A stretch of DNA of 63,647 nucleotides, filler included, from Thelocarpon superellum (Eukaryota): NCBI GenBank assembly GCA_026025795.1. It is 5 parts of 5 records of this genome, joined end to end, with 100 filler letters (N's around TTAATTAATTAA, not from the genome) between each part and the next. Parts side by side here need not be neighbours in the genome. Positions count along the whole stretch, not along the records: positions 12,835 to 25,538 come from JAPEUG010000478.1; 4 more parts are not named here. One strand, written 5' to 3'. Within the stretch, counting starts at the first letter, position 1, and each line of letters begins with the position of its first letter. The notes under the pieces were generated by a model that did not search any database, was not told the origin of the DNA, and worked only from the letters and a program-made list of their open reading frames with translations. Positions 13,047 through 25,638 of the stretch are shown here, in pieces. Made by a program: the position numbers and the translations under genes.

Positions 13047-14628
13047 CTGTGGTGCTCTCTCACCTGTTCCGGCTGCCTTTGCCTCTTCATTGAATCTTCT
13101 GACCGCAAATTCCTCTATATCTATCGACGGACCAGGGAGGGCCTTGGAACGCATCGGGCCAACCTGTCGCCTGCGGCTAGGAAGATAAGATCCTCGCCCA
13201 TGGGGCGTGAAACCTAGAGAGCACCAAACCTAAATATGGGAGAAGCCTCACTCGTTACGTCTGGCTCGAGCGTCGTCCAACTTCGGGTATCGACCGACGC
13301 TTCATCCTATCCTGGTCGATCATGTATGTCCATGACCGAAGACGCTTATGGGCTTCATGAGAAACCCGCCCATCGGCGCTGGCCAGCAAGCACATTGGCT
13401 CAAGGGTGCCTGCATCATACAAGCCACCAATGAAAGCCGTCGCGTACGTGCCCCTTGCCGGCCCAAGGTTTTCAGTCAGTAGGTCAAAAGCAGGAGCCCA
13501 TGCGAGGCGGAATAATATAAATAGCAGTGTTAGTATCATATGAGCCAGAGGCACCTGACGTTTGGTGCGGCGACGCTGCAGCTTGAGGTGTTGGTATGCG
13601 TGAGGAGCATAGCGGCCCCGCGCCAGGGCAAGGGCGTGACTGCATGTGGGTAGAATCGGCATAGCGAGTCCTGACGAGTACGTACTCCGTAACTTGCCTT
13701 GCACCCAAAAGTACTTGGGGTGAGACAAGCAGCTTTCCAGGCCGAGTCGTCGGCAAGGATTGGATCAGTCAGAGTACCTCTGTGCGAGTGGATAGAGGTG
13801 ACCAGAGCAGCGTGCTGCAGAGCCACCGTCGTGCAGATGGTCCGCCGCTTCGGCCGGCGCGTGATTGGTCGTACAGCGTGGCGAGCCGGTCGCCAACGCT
13901 GCGAGTAGCCACGCGAGTGCTGACCGCCATTTCCCCTCACCGGGTCGGCAAATCACCGGTCGAAATACTGGCTGGCTGGGCCAGCCCCCGCTCCCCCCAA
14001 CCAAGTGGCAGATCGCAAGGGACAGCGCAGACTTGGTCGCATCGCTCGCATCTGCGCTCTCGCTCGCTCGCCTCGCGTCTCTTGGTCCTGCTCGTTCCCT
14101 CCCTCCCCGAACTCTGATCGCTGCTCACTTCCGGTCCGGCATTAATCCCCCTAGACTCCGCCCGCAGCCCGCCGCGCCGCCCACCGCCCACCGCCCACTG
14201 TCCACCGCCCACGCTGCCCAGCCTTCCCCACGACAGTCGTGCACTGCCTCGCCCACCTCGACCTCTGTCCCTCCTAGTTATTGTCCTTTCTCTACCCACC
14301 CGCCCGCCGGACCCGAAGCGCCAAAGTTCAGGTGCGACCTTACTTCCGGCATCCACCGTCGAGTCGAGCGATCATGGAGCACGACCAGAAGGGTCGTAGG
14401 GCGTCCTTGTAAATCTTGCTCACCTACCTAGCTGGGTTGGCTTCACCGCAACTTGGCGCCAAGTGGGTACGGAAAGCATCACGGCCTCCGCCTCTTGATA
14501 CGGGCACGCTTCATCCTCATTTGTCTCTACCCCGTAACAGCCGTCACGACTCAACCGCCGCGGGTCCACGCTCCCCGACCCTCCCTCTTCGCCCTCTTCA
14601 AGAGCCCGCGGTCCTCCGTTCCGTAACA

Positions 14629-16951
14629 ATGGCCGGCCTCGACCTCTCGAGCGAGGGGCTGATCGACGTCCGATTTGACCCCCGCGACCAGCGATACACC
14701 TTCCCGCCCCGAGCGTCCTGGCCGCTTCCCATGGAGCAGAGCATATCGCACGCCTCGCAGCCTCAAATCCGCCGAACGACAAGCCCCTCGCAAAACACCG
14801 GGCATGCTTATCATCCGGTCGCTGATCCCTCCGCTCTGCTGACGGATTGGTCTCTCCCGCACAACACCCCCTTGCCGTTCGCTCAAGACACGACCTCGCT
14901 GGGACCCCATTTCACCGGAAGCTACGGCGCATCTTTTCAATCGTCGCCCATCGAGTTTATGCCGTCGACTCAGCCACAGCTCGACCAGAGTCTCGGGGCT
15001 TTCATGGCGCCGGGAGGCATGGAGACGCTGCAATGGAATTGGGATGAAGTGCAAGACGGACTGATGGGCTTCGCCAATGGCCCGAGCCTCTCCAACAACC
15101 ACCTCGCAACTCATACGATCCCTGAGAGCTCGCCCACCGACACCTATCTGGAGATTCAATCGCTCACGAGCTCCAGCAGTGACAACGGCTGGGCTGCCAT
15201 TGACTACCATTCTCTCGACTCCTTCCGCGAAGCTCAGAATGGCGCCATCTTCAACCCCGGCGAGACGCTGCACATCCGCACCAGCTCCGACTCGTCGCAG
15301 TCTGACGCCATCCGCCAGCCGCGAAATTCCTTCGATAGCTTCGAGGAGATTTCCTATCCCATCACATCGCCCGAATCGGATATCCACCTGGACCACGGCT
15401 GCCACCCCCCCCCGGCCACGACCCTGAGCCCGTCTGCCGCCGTCGAGCCGCTTCCCATCAAGAACTCGACCTCGACCTCGACCTCGACCTCGCCTCGCCG
15501 ATCCCCCTCATCACAGTCGCAAGATGTCAATTCGCCCCCTGCTCGACGCCAATCGCGGAAGAGCCCGACGGCGAAAGCGACCAAGCCCGTCATCCGTCGA
15601 CCCTCCCAAGTAACCAAGAAGGATAGCGAGAAGCGAGTCGGGCGACGACGTGGCCCGCTCCTCCCCGAGCAGCGGAAGCAAGCCAGCGAGATTCGGAAGC
15701 TGCGAGCCTGCCTCAGATGCAAGTTCCTCAAGAAGACGTGCGACAAGGGCGAACCCTGCGCCGGCTGCCAACCGGCTCACGCTCGGCTCTGGCAAGTACC
15801 ATGCACACGCATCGATATCAAAGACGTCGCCTACTTCATGAAAGATTATAAGGCGGACTTCGAACGTCACGTCACCCGCGCCTTCTCCGTCAACAACATC
15901 AAAGGCTTTTCTTCCACGGAGCGCAGCCTCTATATCACGCATGGATACGGCTTCCTGATCCACGTGACTGCCCGTGAGGTCTTCGTCCAAGACGATAAGT
16001 GCTTCGCCATGGATTGGGTCGAGTCAGGCCACGAGATCCCCCTCGAATTTGCCGTCTCGACCGCACGACTCTCGGCCGGGATGGAAGGCATCTCGACGGC
16101 GCTCTTGTCCGAGTATCTGGACAAGCACATCGACGGCGACTTCGAGCAATGGGTTGACGACTACTTCGAGGGCACGCCTTTCCTGACGGAGATCTTGAAA
16201 ACAGCTTATCGCTTCTACTTGCGCGAACGGCTTCCCGTCCTCCGCAAGGCGCTCAAGCTTGTCCTCGCCTACAACCTCACGCAGCACTTCACAATGGTGG
16301 AGGGTTTGACAGAGGAGGAGAAGCTGGCCGGCGAGATCTTGGACGAAGAGTCCAAATTCCGCGGCAAAACCGTGGCACCCGTCATGATCAACTTCCAAGT
16401 CAAGTGCGCCTTAGCCGACATGTGGCGCGAGCTGCAAAAGGATATTCTGGAGGACCTGTCGGCCCTCTACTCCAGCGTGTACAGCGGCGACAAGCTGAAG
16501 AACTGGCCGACAATCTTCCTGCTCGCGGCGATCCTACTGGCGGTGTGGGAGGAGATGCAATTCGACTGTCACTACCGGATCCCCGATCCCGGTGCTGTGG
16601 AAAAGTTCTGTCATGAGATGGAGACGATCCCGGTCGGGGTCATCGTCGGTCTCTTCTCCGCCATCTCGCAGAAGCTCCCGGCCTTCAATGAGTGGGATAC
16701 ACGCACGCACCATCACCTCCTCAATTCTAACCGCGCGGTGTGTGACGCCATGACGGAGGTCCGCCAACACGTGACTAAATACGGTACGTCCTGCTCCAAT
16801 TGCGCGAGGCCAATGACTGCTTTGGACCGACGAGCTGATTGTTCCTGCAGAGAGCTATCTCAAGTCCCGCGCAGACACGACCTTCGACCGACAGGATTTC
16901 GATTGTCTTTCCAACAAGTTTCTCTCGAAGCTAGTGATCCGTGCCAATTGA
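14629..16951 (+). CDS. Zn(II)2Cys6 transcription factor with internal zinc cluster
   Basis: ACLRCKFLKKTCDKGEPCAGCQPAHARLWQVPC preceded by RRRGPL. ATG at 14629 (ACAATGG); intron 16784-16850; ends LSKLVIRAN*. Confidence 0.9.
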
Positions 16952-18132
16952 TGTCTCTGTCTCGTTTCCGTTCCTTTCCGTTCTAACGGGCCCTCGATCA
17001 ATTGATGAGCACGTGCTCCAGCATTTATGACAGCGATTCTACGATTTCTCTTCGTCTCAACGATTGATGATGTATGCTCTGGCCTCGTTCATCCACGATG
17101 ATATGCTTCTCCTTTCTAGCGCTCCTCCTTCCCCCGGGTGCGGCCTTACTGGCGCCATGGGTGGACGGGACGGACTTGCGTTCTGGGCGAAGCTTGCGCT
17201 TTATGACAGCAACGACTTGACATGATCACAGGACATGACTGTACAGCATGGCTCAGATGATGGGGATCTATGAAGCGATGTACTCCGCCATATGATGCTT
17301 GGATCGGAGACGGGCTTGTGAGGATTAGAGAATGAGTGCGCGAGATACATCTCATGAATAGTCATCGGATATCTCTTTATGAACCCCGGCGGTGCCCATA
17401 AGAGATCAACAACTGCAATGCGTACGCAGTTGGAGAAAGGAATCCCTGCGCTCACGAAATGTAACAGACTGCAAGATTCGCTTGAGGGCTTCGTCTGAGT
17501 ACTGCTCAATAGTGAAAGTCACGTGCGCTTTCCAGTAACTACAGCATTCGTACTCTGCATTACGAGTAGTACGACGGAGCGGGGACTCCAAAGTTATGAC
17601 GCATGCGCCGCCAGGTTAGCGAGCGACGGCATCTGCGTGGTGCTGGGGCTATTGTTGGACGAATTCCAGCCCCTTCTCGCGTCTTCCGTTGTCGGCGCAG
17701 GCAGTGCTTTGATTGGCTGCACGTGCTATTGCCGCTCTCGTAATCTCCAAGTCCCGCCATCGTTTCGTTCAGGCGACGGTTGGCGTGGAGCGATAGGTGG
17801 CGGTGCCTGCTATCTCTTGCTGCGTCACGAGTACACGGCAAATCGGCTTGCAGCACTACGGACGAGTTTGAGCGCAGTAGCGGCCCAGGCGTGCCACCGG
17901 TTTAGTCACGTTCACCCACCTTCTGCACTTCACTGCCTGAACCAGCTACAAATACCGCTCGGACGCCTTCTCCTCTACCGGCTTTTCCTCCTTTCACCAC
18001 CCCCCAGCCTCCCATCCATCTTCTGTCTCACGCTCAGTTGACGGCTTCGCTCATCAGCTTCTTCAGTACTCGTTGTCCTCCGGATCATCCTACCAGTCAA
18101 CTCGTCACGCTCGCCTCATCGCGACTTACATC

Positions 18133-19162
<1,030 letters not shown>

Positions 19163-19576
19163 TTGCTCTCTATCATCTTCTTCTCCACATGTACCCTCTT
19201 ACGGACGGTCTCTTAGCGATGGGGGGTCCTACTGCATCTATCTCAGTGGCGAATGGATTCCAGCGAGCAATACTTGAGGCCTAGATAACCCCTAGACGAC
19301 TTTGAATCTGAGCCGGATTGATTGACAGCGACCTTGGCAAGAACATCGGAAAAGTACAGCCGAGAATGACAAGGTGCTGCATTTGCGGTGTTACCGTGAC
19401 AGTAGCCCTTGTCAGAAGAGTACCTTCATGACGCAAATCACCAGCCTCGCCACCCACGTGATTGATGACTGCGACCATGTGCGAGGTGAGACCTAGACCG
19501 CGAGAAAGAGTTGGCACCGAGAGCAGCAAAGTCATGGCCACTACTGCTCACGTCGAACGAGCCTCCACACTCCCTC

Positions 19577-21645
19577 ATGCCGTCCTATTTCTTTCACCTA
19601 TCGTTTGAGCTTTCTCCATCGTCAGGCCCGCTGAGCAGCAGTCATCGCGGCTCGGACGGTGGGGTCTATCGGATTGCGCCAGGCACGGACCTCTTCAAGG
19701 CGCGACTGCCATCCCACCCCCTCCCCACGCCACCTCCCCCGCCCGGGGCCGACGAGGCCATCGCCGTGACGGCGCCTCATGATCCGCGCTGCGACTACAT
19801 CTCGGTGCAGAGCATCGACATGACCCCGGGCGTCGGGCGCGTCGCTGAGGCCAGCCACGGCGGATCCCTCGGCGACATCGGCAATCGTCTCGGCGCGGGA
19901 TCCGGGGGCTCGGCGGCCAAGGCCAAGTTCGTGTCCATCGACCCGAAGAATACGGAGCTGGGATGGGGCATCGTCCATCTGTACCGCGATGTAGAAGAAA
20001 CCCCCGGACTCTATGACGAAGTCGGGCATGCGCCCGTGCCGGCGACCGCTGTCGCCCATCCGTCGCGACCGCTGGGTGCGGACGAGGCCAAGCAGGTGGC
20101 AGACGAAGACTGCACGACGCTGTGTATCCTCGCGGTGCCCTCATACCTCGCCCCGTCCGACTTCTTGGGCTTCGTGGGCGAATCGACGCGGGAGATGGTC
20201 AGCCATTTCCGCATGATCCGTACCGCCCGCACGAATCGATACATGGTCTTGATGAAGTTTCGGAGTCCCAAGAAAGCCAAGCAGTGGCGAAAGGAGTGGA
20301 ACGGGAAAGTCTTCAATAGTATGGAGGTACGTGCCGAGCCGGTGCAGAGGATAGCGACCGAGCGGACGCTGACTGGCCATGGATGTAGCCCGAGACGTGT
20401 CATGTTGTCTTTGTCAAGTCCATCGAATTCCAGACACCTGGGCAGCGGCCAGACGCTTCCAGTTTCCCCGACATCACCAACGACCCCTTCACGCCCGCGA
20501 CGGCGGCGACGCACGGCGCCGGCCCTGGAGGCTCTGTCCCTCTGCCTTCGACGTCATCTGTCTCACCGGCTACGTCGCTGACGACCAAGCCGCTGGCCCC
20601 GCCGACGCCTGCATTGGTGGAGTTGCCGACATGCCCCGTCTGCCTGGAACGGATGGACGAGACGACGGGCCTGCTGACCATCCTCTGTCAACACGTCTTT
20701 CACTGCGCCTGTCTCCAGAAGTGGCGCGGAAGCGGATGCCCCGTGTGTCGATATACGCAAGGAGACGGGCTCGCATCCATCTATCGATCCCATCTCCCGG
20801 CAGCGGACGAGGCGCTGGAGAAGTGCTGCAGCGTGTGTCGATCCGACTCCAACCTGTGGGTCTGCCTGATCTGTGGGAACGTGGGATGTGGTCGGTACGA
20901 CGAAGCACACGCCTTCACGCATTGGCGCGACACCTCGCACTGCTACGCGATGGACGTGGACTCGCAGCGGGTGTGGGACTACGCCGGGGATGGTTACGTT
21001 CACCGGCTCATCCAGAACAAAGCGGACGGCAAGCTGGTGGAGTTGCCGTCTCCTGATACGCGCGCGCCGCTGGGCCACGATGGAAGTATCGGCGCGGCCG
21101 TACCGCGGGAGAAGTTGGACGACATTGGCATGGAATATACCCATCTCCTGATCTCTCAGCTTGAATCACAACGTCTCTACTTTGAGGAAAAGGTGGCGCA
21201 TGCCGCGGACAAGGCCTCGGTAGCGTGCCAGGCTGCGGAGACGGCCGCCACGACGACGCAGCGGACGCGCGACGCGCTGGCCTCGCTCCAAGCATCGTAC
21301 GACACCCTGGTCAAGGTGACCATCCCGGGCCTCGAGCGTGACAAGGAGCGGGCGGAGCGGAGAGCGGACAAGCTCGCGGAGACGGCCAAGAAGATGCAGA
21401 GGGAGTGGAAGGATGAGAAGGCCATGAGCGAGAGCCTGCTGGAACGCGTGGAGCGTCTGGGAAGGGAGGTGGTGACACTCCAGGAGCAGCGAACGGACCT
21501 GGAAGAGCAAAACCGTGACCTCACCTTCTTCATCAGCGGGCAGCAGAAGCTAGAGGGCTTGGGCGAGGAGGTGGAGCAAGGCACCGTCAGCGTTGGCGCG
21601 ACCCCATCCAGCCAGAAGAAGGCTAAGGGGAAGGGACGACGGTGA
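19577..21645 (+). CDS. ETP1: BRAP2/Etp1-type RING plus ZnF-UBP ubiquitin ligase
   Basis: BRAP2 region LCILAVPSYL...HFRMIRT...WNGKVFNSMEPE; RING ELPTCPVCLERMD..CQHVFHC; UBP finger CLICGNVGCGRYD; coiled coil. Intron 20327-20388. Confidence 0.93.
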
Positions 21646-22484
21646 CGCCGATGCGGCGGGGGTGATGGAGAGTCCAGCGTAGGCGTTGGATGACTGGAGT
21701 TGTTGGATCGCCTGACCGCATGTGGCGTTGACAGGGGCACGGCGTGATGTTGCTTTGCAGATGCACTGGATGGTGCTCGGAGAGATCCGCCGGGCGTTTC
21801 TGTGTGCCGTTGTACCAGCTGCAAGTAGTCATGGAGGCGCAGGTGTCCTGACGGCACTCGATTTGGAGGATGGAAGGAGCGGAACGTGGACCGTGGAACG
21901 TGAAACGTGGACCATGCTGTTGAAACGAGCTCGGACCTGCTTTGTGGTGGATCCGCCACGATGCCGGACTGACCTACCGCGGGCACCGCCCAGCCGTGGT
22001 CGTGCGTGCGAGTGTGCTGGGCTGGGTACGCGTACTCGTAAGCGCTGGGCGGACCCGTGCACGGACGCGAGCCCGCGGGGCCGGCGGAAGGGCGAGGAAA
22101 GGCCGCTGATTGGCTCATGCCGCCCCACTCGGCAACCTATCGATTCGTTTCCTGCATACCCGTCACCTGCGGCTCGCAAGCAAGCAGTCACGCCATGCCC
22201 CATCCGCATAGCTTCGGCGCATGCATGCACCTTCGTCGTGCCCAGCACCCGGTCCCGCCCCGCCTCTTCGCCAATCATGCGGCCTCCTCCCATCCTCCAC
22301 CCTGCCGGGTCACCGCCAGCTTACAAGTACTCGTCGAGTCCCCGTCCCTATCCGTGGTCGTCGCCATGCAGTCGTCGTCCTCCGAAACCCTCGGTGTCCT
22401 GCGTCGCACCTCCCATCTCGCTGGGCCGAGTGTCCCATGGTATAACAAGCAGCGTCGCCGGCTCGGCGCCGTATCCCGAGCAGC

Positions 22485-24053
22485 ATGCCCACCTCCATGG
22501 CTGCGGCGTGCCTCGTCGCCCTCTTCCTCGCCGCGGTCGTGCACGCGGACAACTCGGGCTATCCCCTCAACATCGATTGGCGGCCGGCGCCCTCGCCCGA
22601 AGACGGTCCGCCGCTGTCCGCCCACGCCTCGCGCGATCGATCCCTCCTGCCCATGCAGATTGGGGCCATCGTGGGAGCGTACGCCGTGACCGTGCTGTTC
22701 CTGACCCTCGCCCTCACCTTTGTCGGTCGACGCCTGCGGGGCTCCATCCAGACGTCGCCGCGGTCCTTGGACGTGGAGATGCTCAAGCCCGTCCGCGTGC
22801 CCAGCCATTTCGACCCGTCCCCTGTGTCTGCCGACTCCAAGCGCACGCTCGTGTGGCCGCCTTCCTGGAACAGCCACAGCCCGCCAAAATACTCGTCCAA
22901 CGAGAAGACATTGCCCAAATCGCCCATCTCGCCGCCGCCCAACTTCTCGTGGCCGTCGCCGACGAGGGATACCTTTGTCTCCTTTGACGAACGCGTCATC
23001 GAGGAGGACAAGCAGCGCCGGAACCTCGAGATGGAGAAACTATACTCCGCCGTTATGGAGGACGAAGCGGCACGTGAGGAACGCCGGAAGATGTCCATGT
23101 CGTCGTCCGGCTCGGGGCAAGCGCGGGCTCGGCCAGTGGCGCCCACGCTACGCAGCCCGGAGGAGCTTCTCGGCCGGTCGCGTACGAAGAGTCCGCCCCG
23201 CGCGTTGGATCTGACCCGACAGAGGAGTCCAGCACGAAAGAAGAGCCCTCCACGACTCGAAACATTATCGCCGCCCCCAGACAAGGCGGTCAAGGAGAAA
23301 AGCCGGAGCCATCGGTCGTCCTTGGCGTCGAGCCTCTCGATCAAAACCAAGCGCGGGAAGAGCATCCGAGGTTTGCCCATCTCGTCGCCGGTGCCAACGC
23401 CGACGACGAGTCTCCACTCTCGCACGGAATCCAAAGATGAACCGTTGACGCCACTGTTTCCCCCGCCCGCACCTCCTATCCAGCAACGGCGCCCCTCGCC
23501 CACACGGGCAGCGCACCATCAGCGCAAGACCTCCGACAAGCTCTCCGCGCTCCCACGCCTCGCACCTGTCAACCCTCCGGCGCAGAGCCAGACGCAGGCG
23601 GGCTCATCAGCCGGCCCATCAGCCGGCACCTCGGCCGCCGCATCGGCCGTCAGCATCGACGCCGAACTACACGCCTACCACACCGGTCGGCTGTCCAACA
23701 ACAACAGCACCAGCACCAGCACCACACGCTCATCACCCAAGCCGCTCCCGTTCCGCTCAGCCGGCGCAGGCACCGGACCCTCGGCATCGTCCATCACCGT
23801 GGGCGGGGCCAGCGCCTCGTCTTCCACCACCAAGATCACTGTGCTCGAGCGAGCGGCCCGACCTGGTCCCAATTCTCCCCTCTCTCCCGGCGCCGTGCCA
23901 TATAGTCCGTACATGCCCTTCACGCCCCTCACCCCCATCAGCCCACGCCTTGTCACCAAGAAGGAGCGCAAGGCGATGCAGAAAGAAGAAGGCCGGGGCG
24001 TCGTCAAGGAAATGATCAAGAGCGAGGGCGAACTGTTCGATGCGGGATACTAG
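22485..24053 (+). CDS. Conserved hypothetical single-pass membrane protein with long Pro/Ser-rich tail
   Basis: Signal-peptide-like N-terminus, WRPAPSPEDGPPLSAHASRD motif, TM segment QIGAIVGAYAVTVLFL, and C-terminal VPYSPYMPFTPLTP. Intronless, 522 aa. Confidence 0.85.
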   Translation: MPTSMAAACLVALFLAAVVHADNSGYPLNIDWRPAPSPEDGPPLSAHASRDRSLLPMQIGAIVGAYAVTVLFLTLALTFVGRRLRGSIQTSPRSLDVEMLKPVRVPSHFDPSPVSADSKRTLVWPPSWNSHSPPKYSSNEKTLPKSPISPPPNFSWPSPTRDTFVSFDERVIEEDKQRRNLEMEKLYSAVMEDEAAREERRKMSMSSSGSGQARARPVAPTLRSPEELLGRSRTKSPPRALDLTRQRSPARKKSPPRLETLSPPPDKAVKEKSRSHRSSLASSLSIKTKRGKSIRGLPISSPVPTPTTSLHSRTESKDEPLTPLFPPPAPPIQQRRPSPTRAAHHQRKTSDKLSALPRLAPVNPPAQSQTQAGSSAGPSAGTSAAASAVSIDAELHAYHTGRLSNNNSTSTSTTRSSPKPLPFRSAGAGTGPSASSITVGGASASSSTTKITVLERAARPGPNSPLSPGAVPYSPYMPFTPLTPISPRLVTKKERKAMQKEEGRGVVKEMIKSEGELFDAGY

Positions 24054-24570
24054 CCACAAGGGATGTGGTAAGGGTGAAGAATCCGATGCCGGCTTCTGGC
24101 CATCTTCCACATATCACGAGGATCGATCCGGGCTACGTGACGTCTTTTACATATCGCGGGGACGGTCCGGGCTCCTACTGCCATCTTTCATCTTCACCAT
24201 ACGTCATGGGAATATCTAGCTCTCTAGCTCCGGCGACCCCTGCTTGTTACGTGTTGTCTACTTCTCTGCTGCCTATTCTCCATATATATTTCTCCGCATA
24301 TCATTTACCCTCCCCTCTCTTTTCTTTCGTCTTCTCAACTGCTCTCTCCCTCTTCCACGTGGACGTGGAGGTGGAGATGCAGATGGAGGTGGAGGTGGAG
24401 GTGGGATTTTAAAGTGAAGGCAAAGGCGAAGGTAGACCGGTGGACGCTGTTGAAAGCTCTTTTTCTTCCTCTTCCTTCTCCTGTGACTACTACTACTACT
24501 TGCACTACTCCCACGGAGCTGCTTAACCTACATAGCTATGAATCATGATATAACTACTGCATATAGAAAT

Positions 24571-24698
24571 CCTCTCCTCTCCCCTCCTCTTTCTCTTCCT
24601 CTCCTCTCCTCTCCTCTCCTCTCCTCTCCTCTCCTCTCCTCTCCGCTCCTCTCCGCTCCTCTCCGCTCCTCTCCGCTCCTCGCTGCTCCTCTCCTCTC
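24571..24698. repeat. (CTCCT)n-type pyrimidine microsatellite
   Basis: Degenerate CTCCT/CTCCG units read directly. Confidence 0.9.
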
Positions 24699-25257
24699 TG
24701 TACTACTACAGTACATTGAGTTCAGTATCATAGTGCAATAATTAAGTAGCATGTATAAGCCTACTTGCTTCCCGACCTGCCAAACCATCTACCTATCCTT
24801 AATATAAGTACGCGGTACCAGACCCGGGTGGCCCTCGGACGACCCCGGGTGCCAATCCCGACCCCAGGCGCCATGCCCTTTCTGCGCCTGCCTTGTCGGT
24901 CGCGCGCTCCTTCCACACCACCGCACAGCCGTAGTCACGATAGATGGATGTGACGTTTGAAGCATCTTTGGGCAAGCTTGCACTAGTGGTACAGAGATCA
25001 AGACAGACAAGCACTTCTTACCCTCTTTATCCCTATCAGGACCCAACAAGAGAATATCCACTGTCAAAAGTCTGTAAATACATCGTTGTCATCTGTCCAG
25101 ACAACTGCTTCATAAAAGTTGTCAAACACTGCAAAGCTGTGAAAAGAGAGGTTTGCACAGGCCTCGTCATCATCAACTATAGTCCGGATTCCACTGTCGT
25201 TGTAGACTAGCATGCTTGCTTCACGACGAAGAGTGATTTTTGGAAGTGCGTTCCCAG

Positions 25258-25347
25258 TGTAGGAGCGCGCACGTGATCTGGTCACGTGCCCTCTCTTATT
25301 ACTATCCCGACTACGCGTAGTTTAGCAATTCAGCTCTGATTCCTACA
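25258..25347 (+). mobile_element. 90-bp TGTAGGA...TCCTACA element (mini solo-LTR or MITE-like), copy 1
   Basis: 7-bp terminal inverted repeat with TG..CA ends; flanks CCAG/CTAG; homologous to the reverse complement of 49935-50025 on another contig. Confidence 0.75.
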
Positions 25348-25538
25348 CTAGTAGTATTACTAATTATTTAGCGGCGGTCTCGGCGGGCAGATCGACTCTC
25401 CTCAGCAACAAAGTACGAAGTACGCAATACAATAGCCGACGTGCCGGCCATGTCGACCAGTACGCAGTCACAATGTAGAGCTACTCCTCCAGCACCCTCA
25501 CACAAGCATACTTCTAATGGCAGCCGCAATTGCAATCA

Positions 25539-25638
25539 NNNNNNNNNNNNNNNNNNNNNNNNNNNNNNNNNNNNNNNNNNNNTTAATTAATTAANNNNNN
25601 NNNNNNNNNNNNNNNNNNNNNNNNNNNNNNNNNNNNNN
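25539..25638. other. Artificial contig linker
   Basis: N/TTAATTAATTAA/N, 100 nt. Confidence 0.98.

Noticed and set aside
13255..13539. Small secreted protein on the minus strand (MILTLLFILFRLAWA...)
   Set aside because: Only the hydrophobic start supports it; no motif or consistent splice model.
14416..14628. TTG-initiated N-terminal extension of the Zn2Cys6 TF
   Set aside because: The TTG lies in a probable 5'-UTR intron end (CTCAC..CTAG), and ATG 14629 has good context.
24940..25250. Transposase fragment next to the 90-bp element
   Set aside because: Lower GC suggests a relic, but no recognisable protein motif is present.
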